Shown: in pieces, positions 9,242-18,341 of the stretch
Layout of the letters: each line of letters begins with the position of its first letter
How positions within the stretch are numbered: the stretch's first letter is position 1
Assembly: GCA_007376385.1 (NCBI GenBank)
Contig: VMGC01000002.1
Location: 96,001 to 160,000, forward strand
From: Parcubacteria group bacterium Gr01-1014_8
GTDB lineage: Bacteria > Patescibacteriota > Minisyncoccia > Phycocordibacterales > UBA2100
DNA: 64,000 nt
Direction of reading: 5' to 3'
Program-made: the position numbers and the translations under genes
The notes under the pieces: model-generated
What the model was told of the DNA's origin: nothing
Seen by the model: only the letters and a program-made list of their open reading frames with translations
Database searches by the model: none

Positions 9242-10771
9242 TCAGGATTGTTTTTGTGCGGCGAGTGCCGCGCGGATCATCTTTTTTGCGAGAGTCGTTT
9301 TGGCGATATCCTGCCATTTGCGCGACGGCCTTGCAGAAGATTTCGTGATTATCTCGACCATATCGCCGTTTCGGAGAATACTGTCGAGTGATGCCATTTT
9401 TCCGTTCACCCGTGCGCCAGCCATTTTGTTTGCTATCTCGGAATGAATTGCATACGCGAAATCAATAGGTGTCGCAGCAAGAGGCAGGTCGATAACGTCT
9501 CCTTTTGGGGTGAATACGAATATACGATGGCTGAAAAAATCTGTCTTCAGATTTTCAAGATACTCGCCCGAACGGCCTTCCTGTTCATGTGCGTGCGCGA
9601 GCTCTTGCACCCAATCTGGAGCTGTGTGGCCGCTTTGTTCAGGAATTGTTTCGGGAAGTTTTTTTCTTCTGCCGGGGATGAATTGTTTTATCCACTCCAA
9701 GCTGCCGCCGCGGGAGCCCTCAACATATCCGAGCGCTTCTTTGTACGTGAGGTGGGACGCAATGCCGTATTGCGCCTCCCGATGCATGCTTTCTGTTCGT
9801 ATCTGTATCTCGAGCGCTCCGCCATCTCCCGTATAGACAGTCGTGTGAATACTCTGGTATCCGTTTGGTTTTGGGAACGCAATATAATCCTTTATTTTTC
9901 CCGGTACCGGTCGCCACTGCTTGTGGACAACACCGAGGACTGAATAGCAATCCGCAACAGTCGGAACGATGATGCGCAGAGCCAAAATATCGAATATCTT
10001 TCCCATTTCCCAATCTTTGCGGTCAAGTTTGCGAAATAGGCTGTACATGCCTTTCATTCGCGACTCGGTGCGGAATTCGCGAATGCCTGATTCAGCAAGT
10101 GCCCGCTTGAGGTCTTTTTCTGCTTTTTCAAGACGTTTCTCGGTCTCTTTCGTGCGTTCCTTCAAAAGTTCCCTAGTTTTCTCGTAATCTTCTGGATAGG
10201 CATAGGGAAATGCGGCATCTTCGAGGGCTGTTTTTGCGACGCTCATGCCGAATCGATCAGCAATAGGAGCGTATATTTCCAATGTCTCAAGGGCGATACG
10301 TTTTCTCTTGTGTTCTGGCACGTGTTCAAGTGTCGTCACATTGTGCAGCCTATCCATCAATTTAATGATGAGTACGCGAATGTCCTCGGCGGTTGCCGCA
10401 AAAAGCCTTCGAAGCGATTCAGTGTGACGCTCAAGTCCTCGATAGCGCAGCGCGCCAAGTTTCGTTACGCCGCGCACCAAAAACAATACCTCTTGGCCGA
10501 ATTCTTTTTCTATCGTTGCTGCAGAGACGCCAGCATCTTCCATCGAATCATGAAGAAGCCCGGCAGCTATCGTTTCCGCATCCATTCCAATTTCTGCTAG
10601 CGTGAAGCCGACTTCAGCAGGATGCAGAAAATATGGCTCGCCGGAATAACGCGTTTGGTCTTTGTGAGCATCTCTTGAGAATTCATACGCTTTGGAGATC
10701 ATGGAAACGTCCGCCGCTTCCTTCGACGTCATCGCAGACAATATCTCAGAGAGTGGGCGTATGTCGGCCAT
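9242..10771 (-). CDS. rel: (p)ppGpp synthetase/hydrolase, short RelA/SpoT-family protein (HD + synthetase + TGS, no ACT)
   Basis: HPAEVGFTLAEIGMD...GLLHDSMED (HD) and RFGMS...YQSIHTTV (synthetase) motifs; 509 aa. Confidence 0.9.
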   Translation of the reverse strand: MADIRPLSEILSAMTSKEAADVSMISKAYEFSRDAHKDQTRYSGEPYFLHPAEVGFTLAEIGMDAETIAAGLLHDSMEDAGVSAATIEKEFGQEVLFLVRGVTKLGALRYRGLERHTESLRRLFAATAEDIRVLIIKLMDRLHNVTTLEHVPEHKRKRIALETLEIYAPIADRFGMSVAKTALEDAAFPYAYPEDYEKTRELLKERTKETEKRLEKAEKDLKRALAESGIREFRTESRMKGMYSLFRKLDRKDWEMGKIFDILALRIIVPTVADCYSVLGVVHKQWRPVPGKIKDYIAFPKPNGYQSIHTTVYTGDGGALEIQIRTESMHREAQYGIASHLTYKEALGYVEGSRGGSLEWIKQFIPGRRKKLPETIPEQSGHTAPDWVQELAHAHEQEGRSGEYLENLKTDFFSHRIFVFTPKGDVIDLPLAATPIDFAYAIHSEIANKMAGARVNGKMASLDSILRNGDMVEIITKSSARPSRKWQDIAKTTLAKKMIRAALAAQKQS

Positions 10772-10836
10772 ACGCTCTAAATAGTACGCTTGTCGCTTGT
10801 GTTTGAAAAGCTCTCCATTTGCAACGCAGAGTGAAT

Positions 10837-13002
10837 TTACTTCGCGAGTTTGTGCGGGTTATGCATTAGACATGATTTGTTACTGCAGCGTTCTGGGATA
10901 GTCTTAGTTCCTTGCATCATCAGTGATCCGCACTCGGGGCAAAGTTTTCCTGTCGGCCTGGCTTTAATCGCGTTTTTGCAATCAGGATAATTCGAGCATG
11001 AAAAGAAAGGCCCGAATTTTCCGCGGCGCTCCACCATTTCTCCTTTTTTGCACACAGGACACGCCACGCCCGTCTTACTCTTTGCCTCTTCGATCGGATC
11101 TTTTCTCACGAATTTGCATTTCGGATAATTACTGCATGCGATGAATCGTCCGAAGCGGCCTTCACGCTCCATCAGTTTTCCGTCTTTACATTCAGGGCAA
11201 GTTTCGCCGATATCTTTTGGCGGCGCAATTTCGCCTCCATCTTCTTTGCGCGCTCCCAGGCATTTGGGGAATTTCGCGCAACTCATAAAGCGCCCAGTGC
11301 GAGACAGTTTGTATACCATTAAGCCGCCGCATATCGGGCAGGGGAATTCAGCAGGTGCGGGACCCATATTTGTTAATTTCTCAATTTTGTCTTTTGCTTT
11401 TACTGCTTTTTTGAACGGAGAGTAGAAATCTTTTAGTGTTTTTTCATACTCTCGCTTTCCATCTGCGATCTCGTCGAGTTCATTTTCCATTTCGGCGGTA
11501 AATGTATCGCTGATGTATTCGGTAAAGTGCTCTTCAATGAACGAGCTTACCACGTCGCCGGTATGGGTTGGAACAAGTGTGCGGCCTTGTTTCTCGACGT
11601 ATCCGCGATTCTCCAGCGTCGAGATAATTGACGCATAGGTCGAAGGCCGTCCGATACCACGTTTTTCCAGTTCTTTCACCAATCCGGCTTCGCTATATCT
11701 CGGAGGTGGTTGTGTTTCTTTTTCCTCTGTGTTTGCTTTTACGAGCTTCAATGCATCGCTTTTTGCTACCTTTGGAAGTTGTACCTCTTCTCCGCGTGCC
11801 TCGGGGTCAGCCTTGAGCCATCCTTCAAAGAGTACGCGCGAACCGTTTGCAGCAAAATGCGGGACGGTGTCGCCTTCAACATTTGCAGTTATTTTTGTGC
11901 GAAGGACTTTTGCGTCTGTCATCTGGCTCGCCAAGGTGCGTGCGCGGATGAGCTGGTACAGCTTTTTTTGGTCGTCGGTCGTTCCAGCGGACGCCTTGTG
12001 CATATTCGTCGGCCGAACTGCTTCGTGGGCCTCTTGAGCAGATTTGCTTTTTGACTTGTATGCCCGCACTTCTACGTACTCTTTGCCAAAATCGCTTTCA
12101 ACAACATGTGCGATCTGCTCCACCGCCTCCTTTGCAAGACTCGGAGAATCCGTACGCATGTAGGTGATGTGTCCGACTTCATACAGTTTCTGTGCTGTTC
12201 GCATCGTTCGAGATGGCGAGAAGCCAAGCCGCGTCGAAGCGACCTGCTGCAGGGTTGATGTCGTGAACGGCGCGCGCGGAACTCTTTTTTGTTCCGATTC
12301 TTCGATGTCCACGACATGCCACGCCTTTGTGTGCGCCTCATCAAAAATTCGTTTCGCCTCCTTCTCGTCGCGCGGTTCTTCGCTGCAAATAACGGTAAAC
12401 GGTTCATCCTTCATTGTTTTGACCTCTGCGCTAAGCACCCAGAATTTTTCCGGAATAAATGCGCGTACTTCGCGCTCCCGCTCCATGAGTATGCGCAGCG
12501 CAGGGGATTGGACGCGACCAGCTGAGAGGCCGTAACGCACTTTTTTCCACACTAATCCCGAGAGGTCGTATCCAAACAATCTGTCGAGTACGCGTCTTGC
12601 TTCTTGCGCTTTGCGCAGGTTCTGGTCGATGAGTCGCGGATGAGCGAGTGCTTCTTGAACAGCATGTTCGGTTATCTCGTTGAATACGATGCGTTTTGGT
12701 TTTTTGAGTCCGATGGTCTCTGCCAAGTGCCATGCGATGGCCTCTCCTTCTCGGTCGGGGTCGGTCGCAAGGATGACCTCATCGGCACGGCCTGCGATCT
12801 CGTGCAAACCGTCAATCACGTGCTGCTTCTCTTTTACTATCTGGTAGCGCGGAATAAAACCGCCCTCGATATCAACGGCGTCCTTGTTGCTTTTCGGCAG
12901 ATCGCGGATATGCCCGACCGACGCGCGGACGGTGAATCCTTTTCCCAGATATTTTTCAATTGTCTTGGCTTTCGCCGGAGACTCAACAATTACCAATTTC
13001 AT
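10837..13002 (-). CDS. topA: DNA topoisomerase I
   Basis: MKLVIVESPAKAKTIEKYLG...TOPRIM; C-terminal repeated C4 zinc-ribbon motifs (CPxCG..C..C). Confidence 0.95.
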   Translation of the reverse strand: MKLVIVESPAKAKTIEKYLGKGFTVRASVGHIRDLPKSNKDAVDIEGGFIPRYQIVKEKQHVIDGLHEIAGRADEVILATDPDREGEAIAWHLAETIGLKKPKRIVFNEITEHAVQEALAHPRLIDQNLRKAQEARRVLDRLFGYDLSGLVWKKVRYGLSAGRVQSPALRILMEREREVRAFIPEKFWVLSAEVKTMKDEPFTVICSEEPRDEKEAKRIFDEAHTKAWHVVDIEESEQKRVPRAPFTTSTLQQVASTRLGFSPSRTMRTAQKLYEVGHITYMRTDSPSLAKEAVEQIAHVVESDFGKEYVEVRAYKSKSKSAQEAHEAVRPTNMHKASAGTTDDQKKLYQLIRARTLASQMTDAKVLRTKITANVEGDTVPHFAANGSRVLFEGWLKADPEARGEEVQLPKVAKSDALKLVKANTEEKETQPPPRYSEAGLVKELEKRGIGRPSTYASIISTLENRGYVEKQGRTLVPTHTGDVVSSFIEEHFTEYISDTFTAEMENELDEIADGKREYEKTLKDFYSPFKKAVKAKDKIEKLTNMGPAPAEFPCPICGGLMVYKLSRTGRFMSCAKFPKCLGARKEDGGEIAPPKDIGETCPECKDGKLMEREGRFGRFIACSNYPKCKFVRKDPIEEAKSKTGVACPVCKKGEMVERRGKFGPFFSCSNYPDCKNAIKARPTGKLCPECGSLMMQGTKTIPERCSNKSCLMHNPHKLAK

Positions 13003-13181
13003 ATCAATTTATTTTCTGAAGCGCCTTTGCCGGCCTGTCCCGTTAGACACGAAGCTGTCTAACCGAGACGATCCTACTATTACAAGCTTCATACGAGCAC
13101 GATTGATATCCTAGAAGCCTAACACGTGTCAAGCGGATGTAATAAAAATGTTATTGACTCTCAGTGATATTTATATGAGTC

Positions 13182-13334
13182 TGGACGCAAGCAAGGGGAA
13201 GGAGGTGCGCAGTGTACAGGATCTTCTTGCTGGTTCGGTTGCTCTCCTTTTCGGGGGAAGTTACTTCAACGTGGGAGATCGATCTTCCGCCGAACGCTGA
13301 GTTTCCGCTCTGCATGCCTCCATGCAGCGCGTCC
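13182..13334 (+). ncRNA. candidate structured RNA in the dprA-topA intergenic region (strand and identity uncertain)
   Basis: Closing helix GGACGC...GCGTCC enclosing about 140 nt with several internal hairpins (GGGAGATCGATCTTCC, CTGCATGCCTCCATGCAG). Weak TTGACT/TATAT promoter-like elements upstream. Confidence 0.25.
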
Positions 13335-14194
13335 TAAATCGCACGAACCAATCCAAGCGTTTCCTGAATTAACCCTTTTATCTCCATCGTTGAAAGCAGA
13401 ATATTTGCTTCAGAAATAGACATTTCTAACTGAGATAGTAGTTCGTCGCGTGAGCAGGGCGAGGATAGTATTTCCAGCACTTTGCGCTCATCTGAAGACA
13501 AATCTTCTCGCAATGACGGACTTACGATGTCGGTCATTTCGATGCCGAGCGCTTTCAAGATGTCCTCGGGTTCCGTTACTGGCGTTGCGCCGAGTTTTAA
13601 AAATTGATGCGTTCCGCGGCTTTCGGCGCTGAAGATAGAGCCCGGAACGACTAACAACTCCCGATTATATTCGGTCGTAAGCCGCGCGGTGATAAGGGAG
13701 CCAGAACGCTCTTTTGCCTCGATGACCAGAGTCGCCAGGCATAATCCGGCCATGATGCGATTCCGCTGTGGAAATGTGTGATCGGCGGCTTTTTGCTTCG
13801 GCTCAAATTCTGACAACAAAGCTCCGCCCGCTTTTAAGATTTCTCGAGCCAGCCCAACATGCGCTCTAGGATAGATGACGTCCCAATCGAGACCAGACCC
13901 AGGGACTGCAACAGTGGGGAGTCCGGCGGAAAGGGCCGCTTTGTGAGCACATGCGTCTATGCCATAGGCGAGCCCCGACACGATGACGATCGGGTAGCCG
14001 CGGAGACCCCCTATTAGATGTTCGCACGCCTGTCGTCCGTAGGAACTTGCGGCGCGAGAGCCGACCACTGCGAGCCATACGTCGTCGTAACGGGGAAGCT
14101 CTCCCCGGACATACAATTGTTTCGGCGGGTCCGATATTTCGGCTAATAGAGGGTGGAAATGAGCTGCTTTGAGTTGGCGTAACGTGTCACTCAT
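13334..14194 (-). CDS. dprA: DNA-processing protein DprA/Smf (short form)
   Basis: LAVVGSRAASSYGRQ...IVSGLAYGIDACAHKAAL Rossmann-like DprA core; start set at MSDTLRQ. Confidence 0.85.
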   Translation of the reverse strand: MSDTLRQLKAAHFHPLLAEISDPPKQLYVRGELPRYDDVWLAVVGSRAASSYGRQACEHLIGGLRGYPIVIVSGLAYGIDACAHKAALSAGLPTVAVPGSGLDWDVIYPRAHVGLAREILKAGGALLSEFEPKQKAADHTFPQRNRIMAGLCLATLVIEAKERSGSLITARLTTEYNRELLVVPGSIFSAESRGTHQFLKLGATPVTEPEDILKALGIEMTDIVSPSLREDLSSDERKVLEILSSPCSRDELLSQLEMSISEANILLSTMEIKGLIQETLGLVRAI

Positions 14195-14208
14195 TGTACT
14201 ATCTATTG

Positions 14209-14276
14209 TATACCCCGTGAGATAAACAGGTCTGACCTTCAACAGGAAAGCGGATGTGCATATCTCATGGGGTATG
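14209..14276. promoter_or_regulatory. inverted pair of 16-nt motif (TATACCCCGTGAGATA 14209-14224; TATCTCATGGGGTATG 14261-14276) between divergent dprA and serS
   Basis: Same motif as at 7.5, 18.2 and 32.6 kb. Confidence 0.6.
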
Positions 14277-14306
14277 CCGTTATTTCCGGCGCTTCCCTTT
14301 AGACCT

Positions 14307-15578
14307 ATGCTTGACATCAAATTCATCCGAGAAAACAAAGATATTGTTGCGGCAGGCGCGCGGAAGAAGCATATAGATGTCGATATAGACAGACTTCTTC
14401 AGCTTGACGATAAACGCAGAGAGCTTCAACAGGCGCTGGAAGCTAAGAGGGCCGAGCAGAACAATGCATCAAATGCGATAGCAGGCGCAAAAAATGATAG
14501 AGAGCGGCAGGAGCTTATTGCTCGAATGCAGCAAGTCAAAGAGACGATGAAAATGGAAGAAACATCACTTGAGGAAATATTAAAAGAATGGCGAGCCTTG
14601 ATGGTGCGGGTTCCGAACGTTCCGGATATCTCAGTCCCTGATGGTGACAGCGATGCGGATAATAAGGAAGTAAAGAAGTGGGGAGAGGCAGCTGAATTTG
14701 AGTTTGAGCTGAAAAATCATTCCGAATTGATGTTGATGCATGACATGGCCGATCTTGAGCGAGGCGCAAAAGTTGCAGGCTTCAGGGGATATTTCTTGAA
14801 AAACGATGGGGCACGATTGGTGTGGGCCTTAGAAAGATTCGTACAAGATAGATTCATGAACCGCGAGGGGTTTGTTCCTGTCGTTGTTCCTTCCATGGTT
14901 CGTCGAGAGCCTTTTATCGGCACCGGATATTTGCCCCAGAGCGAAGAGGATCTGTATAAAACGCAAGATGGTGACTATCTTGCGGGTACCGCGGAAGTTG
15001 CCGCTATGGGATATTACATGGACGAAATAGTTGATAAAAGATTGCTGCCGATAAAATTCTTTGCATTCTCTCCGTGTTTTCGCCGTGAAGCGGGGAGTCA
15101 CGGCAAAGACACGAAAGGACTCTTTCGGATCCATGAGTTCGTGAAATACGAGCAGGTAGTCTTATGCGAGGCGAATCATGAAGAATCCGTGCGTCACCAC
15201 GAGGAGTTAACGGCGAATTCGGAAGCTCTCCTGCAGGAATTGAAATTGCCGTATCGCGTTGTGCTGAACTGCGGGGGGGACATAGGTCTCGGGCAAGTAA
15301 AAAAGTACGACATCGAAGCATGGATGCCGTCGGAGAAAAAATATCGCGAGACGCATTCATCATCGTATTTTCATGATTTCCAATCTCGGCGATTGAATAT
15401 TCGTTATCGAGATGATGACGGGACGCTTAAATTCGTCCATTCTTTGAATAACACAGCGCTCGCGATGCCGCGCATCCTCTGCCAAATAGTCGAGAACAAC
15501 CAACACTCTGACGGTTCAATATCAATTCCGGAGGTGCTCCGGGGCTACGTGGGAAAAGATGTGATATCCAAGCACTAA
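14307..15578 (+). CDS. serS: seryl-tRNA synthetase
   Basis: MLDIKFIRENKDIV N-terminus and class II aaRS core; start moved to MLDIKF. Confidence 0.95.
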   Translation: MLDIKFIRENKDIVAAGARKKHIDVDIDRLLQLDDKRRELQQALEAKRAEQNNASNAIAGAKNDRERQELIARMQQVKETMKMEETSLEEILKEWRALMVRVPNVPDISVPDGDSDADNKEVKKWGEAAEFEFELKNHSELMLMHDMADLERGAKVAGFRGYFLKNDGARLVWALERFVQDRFMNREGFVPVVVPSMVRREPFIGTGYLPQSEEDLYKTQDGDYLAGTAEVAAMGYYMDEIVDKRLLPIKFFAFSPCFRREAGSHGKDTKGLFRIHEFVKYEQVVLCEANHEESVRHHEELTANSEALLQELKLPYRVVLNCGGDIGLGQVKKYDIEAWMPSEKKYRETHSSSYFHDFQSRRLNIRYRDDDGTLKFVHSLNNTALAMPRILCQIVENNQHSDGSISIPEVLRGYVGKDVISKH

Positions 15579-15676
15579 TTTTGCCATTTTATTCGCTGAA
15601 CGATCCGGTTGCGAATGTGGCGGGTTTATAAAGGGAGACGTTATATAGAGAAAATAACCGGACACATATAGAAGCC

Positions 15677-16564
15677 ATGGCAAAATTTAGTGGGGGACCA
15701 TTACGTCGACTAAGCGTTCGTAGAAATTTGCCAACAGCAATACGCAGACGGCCTGTCTCCGGTCAGCTTGCGCTGGCGTTCCGGCCAAGGGAGAGGCTCG
15801 CCAGGCGCAGGCGCCGTGCGCGACTGCGCCTGGCGTTCATAGTGTTCTTATCGATCGCAGGTCTTGGGTGGGGAGCAGGGTTCCTTTCTTATAACGATAG
15901 ATTGACAATTCAAGACATACAGATATCTGGTACATCGGCACTATCGACGCGAGTGGTACAAGCCGCTTTCGAAGCGAATTTATACGATGGAGCGTACCAT
16001 TTTCTCTCTCGTGAAAATATTTTTCTGTACCCAAAGGGAACGTTAGCCGCAGAACTGAAAGAAGAGTTGCCACGCCTTAAAAGTGTTTCAATATCACGCG
16101 AGTCACTTCTTGCGCAGGCGGTTAAAGTGACCGTCGAAGAAAGGGGTGCGCAGTATGTGTGGTGCAATAGTGAGAGCTGTTACGTGATGGATTCTGACGG
16201 GTTTATCTTTGCTCCAGTCGATAATGCCACCACCGAATATACGTTTAGAGGCGGTTTGGCGGGAAATTCCTCGCCAGTCGGGCAGACATTTCTCCGCGGG
16301 AGGTTAAATAACATTGTGGAACTCTTTAAACGTCTCGATGAAGCAGGTTACAAAGCGACCGGAGCAACCGTGGAGAACGAGAAGGATTACCGCGTTCTGC
16401 TCGGAAAGGGATTTTCATTGAAAGTGACCTTTGATTCCGAACCGCACGAGGTAGTCCGAAATTTAGAGTTGATTCTTGATTCCGATGCGATTAAGGATGA
16501 CCTTGAAAAACTCGACTATGTGGATTTACGGTTCGGCAATCGCGTATACTACCAGCTACGATAG
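15677..16564 (+). CDS. FtsQ/DivIB-like cell-division protein (TM + POTRA)
   Basis: Arg-rich N-terminus, one TM (LAFIVFLSIAGLGWGAGFL), then RLTIQDIQISGTSALS...VKVTVEERGAQYVW POTRA-like pattern. Confidence 0.55.
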   Translation: MAKFSGGPLRRLSVRRNLPTAIRRRPVSGQLALAFRPRERLARRRRRARLRLAFIVFLSIAGLGWGAGFLSYNDRLTIQDIQISGTSALSTRVVQAAFEANLYDGAYHFLSRENIFLYPKGTLAAELKEELPRLKSVSISRESLLAQAVKVTVEERGAQYVWCNSESCYVMDSDGFIFAPVDNATTEYTFRGGLAGNSSPVGQTFLRGRLNNIVELFKRLDEAGYKATGATVENEKDYRVLLGKGFSLKVTFDSEPHEVVRNLELILDSDAIKDDLEKLDYVDLRFGNRVYYQLR

Positions 16565-16567
16565 CGT

Positions 16568-17122
16568 ATGACAGATCATCAAGGCGGGCGCGGAAACGGA
16601 AATGGCGAGAAAAAGGGGGAACTCACATCGAGCGATGTGTTTGCGGCTCGGCGCGAACTTCAGGAAAAGCAGCGGAAAATAGCATCACAGCAAAGGGATG
16701 AAAAAGCAGCAAGAGAAAAGCACGACAAACTTCAAGGAGAAAAAGTCAGTATCGGATTGGATAATTCTGCACTTGTGTGGCGGGTGAAGGATGAAACTGA
16801 AAAGTTTCTCAAAGAAAACGAATGGAAAATTATTCCTGAAATTGACGCTGCGCGGGATCGATTTGATAAGCAACTCGTTATCAGACAGTTCGGCGGCCCG
16901 GCCGTATCGGCCAGATCTGGACGATTTGCCCCGGTACTTGTGACTTTCTTTGGCGATGCGGATGATTCTCCAGCTGGGGTTGAAAAAAGGCGTGTTCTCA
17001 AGAATTGGATAGGGAATAAGTACGCGGGCATAGAAGGTAATGAGTGGCCAATTGTTGTCGATACGAGAGCAGATTACGAAGTGTACATAGAGTGGCAGCC
17101 GAAAGAGAGGCCCGCAGGCTAA
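16568..17122 (+). CDS. hypothetical protein
   Basis: 184-aa ORF abutting the FtsQ-like gene; charged coiled-coil-like N-terminal half. Confidence 0.4.
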   Translation: MTDHQGGRGNGNGEKKGELTSSDVFAARRELQEKQRKIASQQRDEKAAREKHDKLQGEKVSIGLDNSALVWRVKDETEKFLKENEWKIIPEIDAARDRFDKQLVIRQFGGPAVSARSGRFAPVLVTFFGDADDSPAGVEKRRVLKNWIGNKYAGIEGNEWPIVVDTRADYEVYIEWQPKERPAG

Positions 17123-17125
17123 ACG

Positions 17126-18160
17126 TTGCTCGTCTCTCGTGTTATCGTGCGCAAAATGAAAAACTTCTGGGACACATTGCCGCGCCCTTTTTTCATACAG
17201 GCGCCGATGGAGGATGTGACGGACGCCGCTTTTCGGCGTCTCATCGCACGTTATGGCAAACCGGATGTGATGTTCACAGAGTTCACTTCAGCGGATGGTC
17301 TCGTTCTTGCACCACCTTCAGGACAGAAGATACTGCGGAAAAAGTTGGCGTTTGATGAGAGCGAGAGGCCTGTTGTTGCGCAATTATTTAGCGCGATGCC
17401 GGAGCGTATGGAAAAAGCTGCGGAATTGATAACCGAACTCGGATTCGACGGACTCGATATAAATATGGGTTGTCCAGTGGATGAGGTCGTGAAAAGCGGG
17501 GCAGGGGCCGCACTCATCAACGACCACGAGCTTGCGAGAGAGTTGGTTCGCGCGGCTGACCGAGGGCTCCGATCCGCCGGCCGGCGGATGCCTATCTCGA
17601 TAAAAACACGGATCGGGTATCGCGAAAATGAGCTTGCGTCGTGGCTGCCCGTTCTTTTAGAAGTGGAACCGGCGATGGTGGCAATTCATGCTCGAACTCG
17701 AAACGAAATGTCTGCAGTGCCTGCCAGATGGGACACGGTGAAGGAGGCAGTTCATATTCGAGACCGGCTCGGCTCGAAGACTTTTATTGTCGGCAACGGT
17801 GACGTACGGGATATTTCTCACGCGCGGGAACGCATAAAAGAAAGCGGCGCCGATGGTGTGATGCTCGGGCGAGCTATTTACGGAAATCCTTGGTTGTATT
17901 CAGGCCGGACGGATGCACCGTCCCCGAAAGAGCGCATCAACGCGCTCCTTGAACACCTCTCACTATTCGAAGAATTGATGCAGGGGACAACGAACTATGC
18001 GACCATGAAAAAGCATTTCAAGGCGTACATTTCTGGCTGGCCTGCCTGCCGCGACGAGCACGGCGCAGGCAGGGACGGCGCGAAAGATCTGCGGGTGAGG
18101 CTTATGGAGACGGAAGCGATATCGCAAGCAAGAGAAATTCTTACTGGCGACGTAGAGTGA
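17126..18160 (+). CDS. tRNA-dihydrouridine synthase
   Basis: FFIQAPMEDVTDAAFRRL...DINMGCP...IGNGDV Dus-family motifs. Confidence 0.85.
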   Translation: MLVSRVIVRKMKNFWDTLPRPFFIQAPMEDVTDAAFRRLIARYGKPDVMFTEFTSADGLVLAPPSGQKILRKKLAFDESERPVVAQLFSAMPERMEKAAELITELGFDGLDINMGCPVDEVVKSGAGAALINDHELARELVRAADRGLRSAGRRMPISIKTRIGYRENELASWLPVLLEVEPAMVAIHARTRNEMSAVPARWDTVKEAVHIRDRLGSKTFIVGNGDVRDISHARERIKESGADGVMLGRAIYGNPWLYSGRTDAPSPKERINALLEHLSLFEELMQGTTNYATMKKHFKAYISGWPACRDEHGAGRDGAKDLRVRLMETEAISQAREILTGDVE

Positions 18161-18230
18161 GAGCAGAGAACATGTACTCATGTTCTCTTCCGAGCCGAGG
18201 AGTCAGAAACTAGAGCCAGTTTACCAGTGA

Positions 18231-18333
18231 TATACCCCGTGAGATATAAACCTGTATGTCGCACTCTCGGCGCTCAATTTTGAGAAGATGTGACGCTATA
18301 GGCGGATAGAGCCGGACTATCTCATGGGGTATA
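18231..18333. promoter_or_regulatory. inverted pair of 16-nt motif (TATACCCCGTGAGATA 18231-18246; TATCTCATGGGGTATA 18318-18333) upstream of dnaX
   Basis: The right copy faces dnaX. The left copy faces leftward toward a 10-bp hairpin (18165-18188) with no annotated gene. Confidence 0.6.
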
Positions 18334-18341
18334 CTCCTTCC

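Noticed and set aside
13153-13176. Sigma70-like promoter (TTGACT ... TATATG) for the candidate RNA
   Set aside because: The spacing between the hexamers is 12-14 nt, not 16-18. I kept it only as weak supporting context.
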